A stretch of 64,000 bases of DNA from Planctomycetia bacterium (GTDB lineage Bacteria > Planctomycetota > UBA8108 > SXIK01): positions 10,991-74,990 of the forward strand of contig SXIK01000158.1 in NCBI GenBank assembly GCA_005772855.1. The letters run 5' to 3'. The notes under the pieces were generated by a model. It did no database searches. It worked only from the letters and a program-made list of their open reading frames with translations, and was not told where the DNA came from. The translations under genes were made by a program, and so were the position numbers. Of the stretch, positions 46,279 to 55,452 are shown piece by piece (positions within the stretch are counted from its first letter, which is position 1; every line of letters starts with the position of its first letter).

Positions 46279-47511
46279 ATGGGCAACAAGACAAAAAACT
46301 TTCGGCTCACACGTGTCGAGGCGCCCACCATGCAGGAGGCGCTGCAGAAGATACGCTCGCAACTGGGAAGCGATGCCATGATTGTCAGTACCCGCACCTT
46401 CCGCAGGGGCGGAGTCCTCGGCGTGGGGGCGCAGGAGGTCGTTGAGGTCTACGCTGCGGATACGCGGTCCAGAATTGAGAACATCCGACGCGAAAATTCG
46501 AGCCGGTCTCGAATGAACGAAGCCCTGGGTTCGAGCTCTCTGGAGGAGCCTCTCCGCCCCCGCGAGCGCAGCACTCCGGCCGAAGCTCGTAACTCCGCCG
46601 AGGCGCTTCAGCCTGCGGCCGCTCCGGGTCTGCACGCCTTCTCGAGCGCGATTGGCCAGATCCACCAGGACATCAAGGATCTGATCTCCCGGAGCTCGGA
46701 TACGCCACGCCAGGCGAACACGTTTCTCCGCGAATGCCACGAGATGCTTGTCTCACGAGAGCTGGATCCCCGCGTCGCGGACCTGATCGTCGAGGAGATC
46801 AGCCAACTTCGACTTCCTTCAGGGTATCCAGATCCCGCTCGGGTCCGGACGGTGCTGAGGAGCCAACTCACGAAGCTCTTCCTCCCGAGTCCTCAACTCG
46901 ACGACACCAAGCGGCCACGCTTGATCGTTCTTGTTGGGCCCACAGGCGTCGGCAAGACGACCACGATCGCCAAGCTTGCCGCGAAGTCCAAAATCCACGA
47001 GCACAGGAGGGTTGGGCTCATCACGATCGACACATTCAGGATCGCCGCCGTGGACCAACTCGAGAAGTATGCAGAGATCATCGGGCTTCCACTCATCGTC
47101 GCCACGAGCCCGAGTGAGGTAGAAATTGCGGTGGAGGAGTTTCGTGCAAAGGAAACCGACATCGTTTTCATCGATACCGCCGGTCGGAGCCACCGCGATG
47201 AGCTCAAGATGACGGAGCTTCGCGAATTTCTCGCCGTCTTGCCGGACGCCGAGGTGCATCTTGTCCTCAGCACAATGACTCATGGAAAGACAATTCTGAG
47301 TGTGGCAAACCGGTTCTCCGGAATTGGTTTCCACAAGGTAATCCTCACCAAGGTGGACGAGACGATCTCCTTTGGAGCGTTGGTGAGCGCCCTGATTTCG
47401 ATCGGAAGGCCGGTGTCGTTCGTCACGGACGGGCAGAACGTCCCGGACGACATCGTCGCGAGTGACCCGGAGCGGCTCGCCGATCTTGTTCTGAAAGTCA
47501 ACGCGTTGTAG
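46279..47511 (+). CDS. flhF: Flagellar biosynthesis SRP-type GTPase FlhF
   Basis: SRP54-type G domain: LIVLVGPTGVGKTTTIAKLAA, DTAGRS, TKVDE. Position after flhA. Confidence 0.85.
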   Translation: MGNKTKNFRLTRVEAPTMQEALQKIRSQLGSDAMIVSTRTFRRGGVLGVGAQEVVEVYAADTRSRIENIRRENSSRSRMNEALGSSSLEEPLRPRERSTPAEARNSAEALQPAAAPGLHAFSSAIGQIHQDIKDLISRSSDTPRQANTFLRECHEMLVSRELDPRVADLIVEEISQLRLPSGYPDPARVRTVLRSQLTKLFLPSPQLDDTKRPRLIVLVGPTGVGKTTTIAKLAAKSKIHEHRRVGLITIDTFRIAAVDQLEKYAEIIGLPLIVATSPSEVEIAVEEFRAKETDIVFIDTAGRSHRDELKMTELREFLAVLPDAEVHLVLSTMTHGKTILSVANRFSGIGFHKVILTKVDETISFGALVSALISIGRPVSFVTDGQNVPDDIVASDPERLADLVLKVNAL

Positions 47512-47524
47512 GTAGAGGCGTCCC

Positions 47525-48376
47525 ATGGACCAAGCTGAACGACTCAGAGCTCTTGTTGGTGCTGGCGAGCCGCGCGCGCGTGTGATTGCTGTCACGAGCG
47601 GTAAGGGCGGCGTCGGCAAGACCAATGTTGCCGTGAACCTGTCGATCGCACTGGCGCAGCGCGAAAAAAAGGTCATCGTTGCTGATTTGGACATCGGGCT
47701 CGCCAACGCTGACGTCCTCTTCGGTGTGCAGGCTCGTGCGCACATGGGCCGCGTGCTTTCGGGCGAGGTCGCCGCACTTGAAGCGTTGACGAAGACTCCA
47801 AGCGGTGTGCTCCTTCTGGCCGGAGCCTCGGGAGTTCGCCACCTTTCCGATCTGGAGAAGACGGAGCGTGATTATTTGGCGCGTTGCCTCCGAGAGCTCG
47901 AGGCCTCGGCAGACTTTCTAGTGATCGACACTGCGGCAGGTATCTCTCGTAGTGTCATTCAATTCGCGGCAGCGGCGGACGAAGCCATCGTGGTGACAAC
48001 TCCGGAGCCGACGGCGATTACCGACGGTTACGCCGTGGTGAAGGCTCTGTCGAGGGAAAAAGGGAGCGGCCGGATCCGATTGGTGATCAACCTCGCCAAC
48101 GACGCAGCAGAGGCGAGTCGTGTATTCGAAAGAATACAGGCAGTGGCGCGCCGCTTTCTTGGAGTGGAGATCGATTATCTCGGTCACATTCTCGCCGATG
48201 AGCAGGTACGGAAGGCGGTGCGTCGGAAGCGACCGTTTCTACTTGAGAATTCTGTCTCTCAAGCGAGCCTTGGGATCAGGGACCTGGCCGAAAGAATCCT
48301 CAGCGAGAAGCCCACGGCGCGTTCTGCGGGATTTGTGAAGCAATATGTGAATGCGATACAGGGAATTGTGAGTTGA
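47525..48376 (+). CDS. flhG: Flagellar number/placement regulator FlhG (MinD-like ATPase, FleN)
   Basis: Deviant Walker A IAVTSGKGGVGKTNVAVNL. MinD/ParA fold. Follows flhF. Confidence 0.85.
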   Translation: MDQAERLRALVGAGEPRARVIAVTSGKGGVGKTNVAVNLSIALAQREKKVIVADLDIGLANADVLFGVQARAHMGRVLSGEVAALEALTKTPSGVLLLAGASGVRHLSDLEKTERDYLARCLRELEASADFLVIDTAAGISRSVIQFAAAADEAIVVTTPEPTAITDGYAVVKALSREKGSGRIRLVINLANDAAEASRVFERIQAVARRFLGVEIDYLGHILADEQVRKAVRRKRPFLLENSVSQASLGIRDLAERILSEKPTARSAGFVKQYVNAIQGIVS

Positions 48377-48422
48377 GTACGAAGCTGGCCCCAGGGCCGA
48401 GAAAAATCTCAGGAGGTACCGC

Positions 48423-49337
48423 TTGAGCGGAGCTAAAGAAGGGAAGAAGCCCGCGCGACGCGTGGCGTTGCGCCGTGCTGGAGCGGCAAGTCGCGAGGGC
48501 GCGGCGGCGGCGGCGGTGGTGAATCCCCAAACAGGAGGTGAGAACACGGTGGCGAGCGCGCAAAAGAGGAAGGAGTACACCAACATTGAAGACGTTTGGA
48601 AAGACTTCAAGAAGAGTGGTGACAAGGAGCTTCGGAACGTTCTTATCGAGAAGTATTTGCCTCTTGTCAGGTACATCGCTGAGCGTCTTCTTTCAAAGCT
48701 TCCACAGAACATTGAGCTCGATGACCTGACCAGCGCAGGGATATTCGGTCTCATGGACGCGATCGAAGGATTTGACCTGACTCGAGGGGTCAAATTTGAG
48801 ACCTATTGCACCACGCGAATCCGCGGCGCCATCCTGGATGAGCTTCGCTCTCTGGACTGGGTTCCGCGAATTGTGCGGAACAAGGCAAATCGTGTCGAGG
48901 CCGCCTGGAAAGGGCTCGAAATGGAGTTTGGGCGAGTGCCGACCGACAGTGAGATGGCCGAGCGGCTACTCATGTCTCTGCCCGAATACGAGGAGCTGCT
49001 TCGGGAGGCCAGCGCCATCACCATCGTGAGCCTGACAGACAAGGCAAGCGACGATCATGGATCGAAGACTCTCCGCAAGATCGACCTCCTCGAGAACAAG
49101 AAGCAACTGGATCCTGAGGACGAGCTCAAGAAGAAGGAGATCACGGAGTTCATCACGAAGGGGCTGAACCGCAAGGAACGTTTGATCATGATCCTTTATT
49201 ACTATGAGGATCTGACCATGCGAGAGATCGGTGCCACGCTGAATTTGTCCGAATCGCGCGTCTGTCAACTCCACTCGAGGATCATCTTTCGGCTGAGGAA
49301 CCAGCTCAAGAGGTATCAGACGGAGCTGTTGAGCTGA
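48423..49337 (+). CDS. fliA: RNA polymerase sigma factor for flagellar operon (sigma28, FliA/WhiG family)
   Basis: Sigma70 region 2 (LIEKYLPLVRYIAERL...DLTSAGIFGLMDAIEGFD...FETYCTTRIRGAILDELR) and region 4 HTH (LTMREIGATLNLSESRVCQLHSRIIFRLRN). About 45-aa basic N-terminal extension. Confidence 0.85.
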   Translation: MSGAKEGKKPARRVALRRAGAASREGAAAAAVVNPQTGGENTVASAQKRKEYTNIEDVWKDFKKSGDKELRNVLIEKYLPLVRYIAERLLSKLPQNIELDDLTSAGIFGLMDAIEGFDLTRGVKFETYCTTRIRGAILDELRSLDWVPRIVRNKANRVEAAWKGLEMEFGRVPTDSEMAERLLMSLPEYEELLREASAITIVSLTDKASDDHGSKTLRKIDLLENKKQLDPEDELKKKEITEFITKGLNRKERLIMILYYYEDLTMREIGATLNLSESRVCQLHSRIIFRLRNQLKRYQTELLS

Positions 49338-49338
49338 G

Positions 49339-49371
49339 CAGCCCAATCCACCCACGGGGCGGATTGGGCTG
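49339..49371. terminator. Strong hairpin between convergent fliA and larC (putative bidirectional terminator)
   Basis: Perfect 11-bp inverted repeat CAGCCCAATCC / GGATTGGGCTG with an 11-nt loop, immediately after the fliA stop. Confidence 0.5.
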
Positions 49372-49463
49372 AAACCAAAGGAACAACTTGTAATGCCGCA
49401 CCTCGCGGAAGGTTTCGAGCATGGACCGTGACGGGGTCCACGAGCGAGTCGCCAAACGGCAGC

Positions 49464-50750
49464 CTATCCGGCGGCGCCGCCACCTACTTGCCTTCTGAAT
49501 GCCGCCATGACGTGTTCGTGCATTCTTTTGAGAGGAATCTGGGCCTTTTGTGCCGCTTTCCGGAGGTCATCGTGCTCGGGTGAGGCCGTCATTTCCTCCT
49601 TCCCGAGGCTCCCGACCTTCACGCGAACCGTGCCCCAGGGCGTCTCCACGGAGCGGAACTCTCGGCCCAGAATCACTCGCTCGACCTCGGTGCGTCTGAG
49701 ACCCAAAGTCGTGGTCTCTCGAAACAAGGTCCGCACGACCTTCTCCTCGGCCTCCAGCGGAAGAATTACTTTTAGCTCGTGTGCAGGCCTGGATTTCTTC
49801 ATGAGGATTGGGGAGACGGTCACGTCGAGTGCTCCGGAATCCAGAAGTCTCTCGACCACATATCCGATCCACTCGGCGCTCATGTCATCGACATGTGTTT
49901 CAAGCACTAGCACACGATCGCTCTGCGCGAGCCGCTGCGAGCTTTCACCCAGAATGACTCGGAGCGCGTTGGGGATCAGCCCTGGGCGGTCATTGCCGGC
50001 ACCATAGCCCACCCCTGACACCGTCAAGGGCGGCAGGGTGCCGAAGCTTTTCGAGAGCGTCGTGAGGAGACCGGCGCCTGTCGGCGTCGTCAGCTCGAAG
50101 GATGTTTCTCTTTGAGTCACGGGGAATCCTCGCAGAAGCTCGATGGTGGCCGGAGCGGGCAGCGGCATGGCGCCGTGCGCCCCCTGTACGAACCCTGTCC
50201 CGAGGGTGATCGGCGCAGAGTGTATTTCGTCGACGCCGAGCAGGTGGAACCCCAGGCACGCGCCGACGATGTCGATAATGCTGTCGAGGGCGCCGACTTC
50301 ATGGAAATGGACCCTGTCGAGGGGGATTCCATGTACCTTGGCCTCGGCCTCCCCGATTCTCTGGAAAACGCGCGAAGCGTCCGTCTGGACTGCCTGAGGA
50401 AGTCCGCTCCTGCGGATCAGCTCGAGAATCTCCTTCAGCCCTCTTGTTTCCTCCACACCAGCCTGGCCGAAGGAATGTTCGTGAGAGTGGGTGTGACTGT
50501 GCGTGGGATGTTGGGCTATCCCTTCGCCTTCGAGTAGGACCTTGAGTCGCGTCGTCTGGAACGGCCCCCGGAGCTCCTTTCTGGCGCTCAAGCTCCAGCC
50601 ACCGACTCCCAGGGATCGTAAACCACGCTCCAGATCAGCCAAGTCAAGACCCGCGTCAACGAGAGCTCCCAGAATCATGTCACCGCTAGCGCCTGAAAAT
50701 GGCTGGAAATACGCAATTCGGGCCATGGGTTCGGAGTATACCGACTGCAC
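49464..50750 (-). CDS. larC: LarC (DUF111) nickel-pincer nucleotide cofactor nickel insertase
   Basis: N-terminus IAYFQPFSGASGDMILGALVDAGL is the LarC/DUF111 signature. 428 aa with His-rich segment HSHTHSHEH. Confidence 0.8.
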   Translation of the reverse strand: MQSVYSEPMARIAYFQPFSGASGDMILGALVDAGLDLADLERGLRSLGVGGWSLSARKELRGPFQTTRLKVLLEGEGIAQHPTHSHTHSHEHSFGQAGVEETRGLKEILELIRRSGLPQAVQTDASRVFQRIGEAEAKVHGIPLDRVHFHEVGALDSIIDIVGACLGFHLLGVDEIHSAPITLGTGFVQGAHGAMPLPAPATIELLRGFPVTQRETSFELTTPTGAGLLTTLSKSFGTLPPLTVSGVGYGAGNDRPGLIPNALRVILGESSQRLAQSDRVLVLETHVDDMSAEWIGYVVERLLDSGALDVTVSPILMKKSRPAHELKVILPLEAEEKVVRTLFRETTTLGLRRTEVERVILGREFRSVETPWGTVRVKVGSLGKEEMTASPEHDDLRKAAQKAQIPLKRMHEHVMAAFRRQVGGGAAG

Positions 50751-50758
50751 GCCTCGTA

Positions 50759-50788
50759 TTGACAGTCTTCTTTGGCGACCCGTATAAT
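50759..50788 (+). promoter_or_regulatory. Near-consensus sigma70 promoter (TTGACA-N18-TATAAT) facing the HEAT-repeat gene
   Basis: Perfect -35 TTGACA (50759-50764) and perfect -10 TATAAT (50783-50788), 18-nt spacer. Lies in the divergent larC / HEAT-gene intergenic region. Confidence 0.45.
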
Positions 50789-50985
50789 TCCAGCCTGGAC
50801 TTCCGGTAAAGTCTCCTCCCGAAGTGAGGATGCCCTCAGAGAGCGAGAAAGTGATGAAGCCGGTGGGTTCTTGCTCGGTAGTGATGCTCCAGTTGACGCA
50901 CGGTCGGCGGGCCTGGATCGGCCGCCAATGATCCGATCCCCGAACGGTCAGGCGTTGAGTATTCTTTCACCTCTGCACTAAGACA

Positions 50986-51010
50986 CGTAAGAGATCACAA
51001 CGTAAGAGAA
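50986..51010 (+). repeat. Tandem direct repeat ACGTAAGAGA x2 (15-bp register) in 5' leader of HEAT-repeat gene
   Basis: ACGTAAGAGA at 50986-50995 and 51001-51010, exact. Confidence 0.3.
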
Positions 51011-51076
51011 GTAACGGATACCTCCCCTCCATTCCTTGCGAGTGGAGTAAGTTTTTCGAGAAAGGGTTTTGAGGTC

Positions 51077-53497
51077 ATGGGAATTTTGCTTCGGAGCTTG
51101 ATTTGCCTTGCGCTTATCAGCTTCTCGGGCGGGCTCCTCATCGCTCAAGGTGCCAGAGGCGCAGGCAGACGTTCCCCGTTGGAGGGAAATGATGTCAAAT
51201 CGCTTCTTGACCAGGGCGTCTACAGCTACGACGAGGGCGATTTTGAGGGGGCCAGCGCTGCTTTTGAGAAAGCCTTCGCACTGAACCCGACCTCGGACGC
51301 GCTATCTGGCTTCGTGAAGCGGGCGAGCGAGGCCAAGATCTTCCAGATGCTGCTCTCGAGGGATCCCCGCCTCGCCGGGATTGCACGTCAAATTCTGGAC
51401 TCGTCCGGCCAAGTCTCCAGGACGAAGATGGACGATCCCGAGCAGATCAAGAACGTCGTGGCCGACACGCTGAACAGTGACAGCCAGGACCAGATCCTCA
51501 AGATGATCCGAAATGCGAACGACTACGGCCGCAACTTGGTACCGGCACTCATTTCAAACTTGGCGGACTCCGACCTTGGCCGCCGCGCCGTCGCGATCAA
51601 TTGGATCGGCCGATACATTGGACGCGACGCAGTCACCGCGCTACAGGCTGCCCGCAAGCACCGCAGCGAGACGGTTCGTCGAAATGTCGCACAGCTCCTT
51701 GGCACCCGGCTGGTGAGGCATCCCGTGAGTCTTGCCACCCTGAAGGCGATGCTTGAGACTGACACCTCGAGCGAGGTCAAGGCTGCTGCGGAAGAATCCT
51801 ACAAGGCCATCCTCGCAGATATGAACGCAGCCCCCAAGGATTCGAGAGCCAGGGACTACTTTCTCGAAAACGCCATCAGCTACTACAGGAGTCCTCACAA
51901 GAACCCGTTTGCAGGCACTCAGTACCGCCCGACGATCTACAAGCTTGAAGGCGACCGGATCGTGGGGGAGCATGTTGCTGATTTCCAGTTCTCCGACCGG
52001 CTTGCGCAGCAGGCCCTTGAAGAGGCGCTCGAGCTGGACCCGTCCTTCCATGAAGCGCAGGTGCTGACCCTTTGCAACGATGCGGGCCAAGTCCATGAGT
52101 ACGACCTTAACGTCACCTACTATGCGAAGAACGAGGAGCAAGAGGACGTAAAGGCGATCCTCGACAGGCAGAAGGACTACGTGGACTCCGTGCTTCGAAA
52201 TCGCTTGATTGCCTGGCCCAGTGCCGTTCTTTACGATGGCCTTGCGCAAGCCCTCGATGATGGCAAGTCCGAGGTCGCCCGCAAGATCATCGAGACGATT
52301 CGCGAAACCGAGCGAAGTGGGAAAGCTCCCGAGGCGCTCATCAAGGCGCTTGAGGATCCCAATTCGCGCCTTGTGCGTATTTCGGCCGCCGTGGCGCTGG
52401 CGCATTGGAACCCGACGGCAAAGGAATTTGACGCGGGCGAAAAAGTGATCAGCGTACTGTCGGAGGCGTTGCTCTCCAGCGGCGTGCGCACGGCGCAGAA
52501 GATCATGGGCGATGGCCAGCGGGCCAACCGGATGGCGGACTTGCTAGACCAGCTCAACATGGAGAGCTACACCGCGAGCGCAACGATCGAGAAAGGTTAC
52601 GACCTGGTCGTCAACTCGCCCCCCGACGTCGTGATCATGGATGAACAAGTCACCAAGACCACCGGGAAGCAGGAAGTCTTGCCGATCAACTACTTGGTCA
52701 GCGCGCTGCGCAAGAACTACAGGACTGCCAGCGTTCCGGTGATCGTGGTGGTGTCTACGTTGACCCTGGAGAAGGCCAAGCAGCTCTACGAGAGCGAAGA
52801 GCGCAAGGTGTGGGTGGTCCCGGATTCCATCGACAAATCTGGCCTTGCCAATTCAGTCTTCAAGAAAATGTTTGTTGACAAGGACGATGCAAAAGCACTG
52901 GCGACAAGCCTGTCGCGGGACGCTGCCCAAGCGCTCAACTACCTTGCCACGGTGCCGAATCGCTTTCCCGTGAGGAAGAGTCTTGAGTCCCTCAGAAAAG
53001 TCCTGAAGAATCGCCCGGACGAAGTTCGGATCCCGAGCATGATGGCGCTGGGTAATTTGAGGGCCGCCGAGGCTGCCGGCGAGCTTGCGGCTGTCTTTGC
53101 AAATTCGGAGAACTCGAAAGTGATCCGAGTTCAGGCAATGCGAGCCGTCGGAAAAGCTCTTCAGGGCGCTGTAAACAGTACGGCGCCTTCCGTCGTCAAA
53201 ATTATCGAGGACGGAATGCGGGAGGCGGACCCTGATCTTCGCAAGGCGGCTTGGTTTGCATTTTCAAACTCTGGCGCTAGTCCCGAGAAGCAGCTTCAGG
53301 CCTTGTTGTCCAGGCCCCCCGCGAGTGCCCCCGCCGAGCCGCCTGCGGGGGAGGCTCCGAAGGCAGAAACTGCATCTGATGCATCTGATGAAGCAACGAG
53401 TGAGGCCCCTTCAGCTGGCGAGCCGCCAGCTGAAAACGAGACTCCCGCCGAGCCGCCAGCTCCGGAGGAAGAGCCAGCTCCGGAGGAAGAGAAGTAG
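51077..53497 (+). CDS. Secreted/periplasmic HEAT-repeat protein with acidic Pro/Glu/Ala-rich C-terminal tail
   Basis: Signal peptide (LICLALISFSGGLLIAQG). Multiple HEAT-like repeats (PALISNLADSDLGRRAVAINWIG; RIPSMMALGNLRAAEAAGEL...VIRVQAMRAVG). Central segment with receiver-domain-like pattern (DLVVNSPPDVVIMDE...PVIVVVS). C-terminal PAEPPAPEEEPAPEEEK. Confidence 0.6.
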   Translation: MGILLRSLICLALISFSGGLLIAQGARGAGRRSPLEGNDVKSLLDQGVYSYDEGDFEGASAAFEKAFALNPTSDALSGFVKRASEAKIFQMLLSRDPRLAGIARQILDSSGQVSRTKMDDPEQIKNVVADTLNSDSQDQILKMIRNANDYGRNLVPALISNLADSDLGRRAVAINWIGRYIGRDAVTALQAARKHRSETVRRNVAQLLGTRLVRHPVSLATLKAMLETDTSSEVKAAAEESYKAILADMNAAPKDSRARDYFLENAISYYRSPHKNPFAGTQYRPTIYKLEGDRIVGEHVADFQFSDRLAQQALEEALELDPSFHEAQVLTLCNDAGQVHEYDLNVTYYAKNEEQEDVKAILDRQKDYVDSVLRNRLIAWPSAVLYDGLAQALDDGKSEVARKIIETIRETERSGKAPEALIKALEDPNSRLVRISAAVALAHWNPTAKEFDAGEKVISVLSEALLSSGVRTAQKIMGDGQRANRMADLLDQLNMESYTASATIEKGYDLVVNSPPDVVIMDEQVTKTTGKQEVLPINYLVSALRKNYRTASVPVIVVVSTLTLEKAKQLYESEERKVWVVPDSIDKSGLANSVFKKMFVDKDDAKALATSLSRDAAQALNYLATVPNRFPVRKSLESLRKVLKNRPDEVRIPSMMALGNLRAAEAAGELAAVFANSENSKVIRVQAMRAVGKALQGAVNSTAPSVVKIIEDGMREADPDLRKAAWFAFSNSGASPEKQLQALLSRPPASAPAEPPAGEAPKAETASDASDEATSEAPSAGEPPAENETPAEPPAPEEEPAPEEEK

Positions 53498-53586
53498 ACT
53501 CCGGATGCGCCTGTTGAGGGGTCGCCTCCGAGGGCCAGTCGCAGCCTCCTTCTACCCTCGAATCCCCGAACCCGAGGTGTCGACCC

Positions 53587-54210
53587 TTGGCACTCAAAGC
53601 ATCTTGTCCTTTTTGCAAGAGGAACTTTTCGGCTCCCGAGGAGTACAGGGGCAAGAGAGTCGATTGCCCGTCGTGCGCACGAAAGGTTCTTGTTCAGACG
53701 CAGGATGAGGTTCAGGCAGAAGAGGCTCAACAGGAAGCGCTCCAACGAAAGCGCGAGGAAGACAGGGACAAGATCGCGCTGATCGAGCGCATGGACTCCC
53801 GAGCACGGCACCGGGCCGGGAGACCCTCCTTCGAGGAGTTCCAGACCGGCTCGCATGGAATTCGAAACTTCAACCAAAGGGTGTCGTCGAAGTTTCAGCG
53901 TTTCCGGGCATTGTCAGATTTCCTGGTGCTGGGCGCTTACCTGGAGCTACTTTTGGTTGGGGTTGGGCTGGGCCTCTTGATCTACCTGAAGATCTCTGGC
54001 GTCATCCATGACGTGGCGCTCTTCTTCAGCGTCGTCCTCATCTGGCTCATCGCGGGCGCGGGGCTCTACTTGTTCTTCAAGTTCCTGGGAGAGCTTGCCT
54101 GTCTGTTGGCCGATGTCGGTGATCAGCACAATGACATGGTCCAACTCCTCCTTGATATTCGCGAGAACACCCAGCACGAAGAATCTACTCCGGAAGATGT
54201 CAAGGAATGA
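53587..54210 (+). CDS. Membrane protein with N-terminal zinc-ribbon (MJ0042-type CxxC...CxxC)
   Basis: CPFCKRNF...CPSCARKV zinc ribbon. Charged linker. Two C-terminal TM helices. Confidence 0.5.
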   Translation: MALKASCPFCKRNFSAPEEYRGKRVDCPSCARKVLVQTQDEVQAEEAQQEALQRKREEDRDKIALIERMDSRARHRAGRPSFEEFQTGSHGIRNFNQRVSSKFQRFRALSDFLVLGAYLELLLVGVGLGLLIYLKISGVIHDVALFFSVVLIWLIAGAGLYLFFKFLGELACLLADVGDQHNDMVQLLLDIRENTQHEESTPEDVKE

Positions 54211-54249
54211 CCTGCCCGGGGAACTATTTCATCAAGAAACACGCGTCGG

Positions 54250-54780
54250 TCACTTCATCCCACGAGCCTCAAGTAGCTTCACGATCGCGCTCGACCAGAC
54301 GGCGAGGTCCTTCGGCGTGCGGCTCGTGACGATGTTCCTGTCCACGACGACCTCCACATCGTGGTACTCGGCGCCAGCGTTCACGACGTCATCCTTGATG
54401 GCGGACACGCAGGTGGCCTTGCGGCCGCGAAGAATTTTGGCCGAGATCAGTACCCACGGCCCGTGGCAAATACTCGCCACGATGCCTCCCTCGTCGTGCA
54501 CCTTCTTGACGAGCTGGAGAATATTTGGATAGCGACGCAACTTGTCGGGTGCCATGCCGCCGGGCACCACAATCACGTCGTAGTCACGTTCCAGGGCAGT
54601 GACGACCGGCGTGTCCGAGGTGCAAGAGTAGCCTTCCTTTGAGCCGTAGACCTTCTCGTCTTCGGGGCCCACCAGATCGACCTCGAGGCCCAGTTCCCTG
54701 AGCCTCCAGTAGGGGTACCAGAGCTCCAGGTTCTCATACTGGTTTTCAACCAGAACGCAGGCTCGATTGTAAAAACGCAT
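54250..54780 (-). CDS. DJ-1/PfpI family protein
   Basis: YDVIVVPGG, nucleophile elbow SICHGPW. 176 aa from internal start MRFYNRACVLV; the track ORF extends upstream to 54924. Confidence 0.8.
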   Translation of the reverse strand: MRFYNRACVLVENQYENLELWYPYWRLRELGLEVDLVGPEDEKVYGSKEGYSCTSDTPVVTALERDYDVIVVPGGMAPDKLRRYPNILQLVKKVHDEGGIVASICHGPWVLISAKILRGRKATCVSAIKDDVVNAGAEYHDVEVVVDRNIVTSRTPKDLAVWSSAIVKLLEARGMK

Positions 54781-54924
54781 GGGCACTCCTCCGATCGAAG
54801 CTGGTTTCCTTGACGGGCTCAACAGGTCGCCTACAATACGCCGGTCGCCACGGGTTTCCAGCGGATTTTCGGCCTGGAAATAGCTTCCGCGGCGCTCTCG
54901 GAAGAGACCCACAGGACCCCCCAT

Positions 54925-55452
54925 ATGTTCCTATTGACCTTCATCAGGAAGCTCTACAAGGTTTTGAGCTCCGATGGATCCCCGAGCGCGATTTCCTTCG
55001 CCATGGCGTTCGGGGTGGTGGCCGGCTGCGTGCCGGTTCGTTCGGGCCTTGCCCTGTTCATGCTGTTGCTAACACTGGTATTTCGCGTCCAGATAGCTGC
55101 GGCACTTCTCGCCTGGGGCTTGACTCGGTTTGCCTGTAGCATCGGATTGGCGCGGCTTTTCGAGTCCATGGGGGAGCGTCTTCTCGAGAACGAGTCTCTC
55201 CACGGTTTCTGGAAAGTTGTCTGCAACGCTCCTGTGCTGGCCTGGTTCGGGCTCGACCGCTATGCGATGCTTGGCGGTGCAATCACCGGCCTCTGCGTCG
55301 GGGCAGCGCTCTTTCTGCCCGTCCGCGCCCTCATCATCGGCTACCGGAAATTTGCGCACGAAAAGCTGGCACAAAACAAGTTCTTCAAGTGGATGATGAA
55401 TTTTTTCGTTGTCAGGATCCTCCGGTTCATTTTCATTGGGAGCTCAACATGA
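54925..55452 (+). CDS. Small polytopic membrane protein (DUF2062/TIGR03546-like)
   Basis: 175 aa, 3-4 TM helices. ATGA overlap with the next gene. Confidence 0.5.
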   Translation: MFLLTFIRKLYKVLSSDGSPSAISFAMAFGVVAGCVPVRSGLALFMLLLTLVFRVQIAAALLAWGLTRFACSIGLARLFESMGERLLENESLHGFWKVVCNAPVLAWFGLDRYAMLGGAITGLCVGAALFLPVRALIIGYRKFAHEKLAQNKFFKWMMNFFVVRILRFIFIGSST

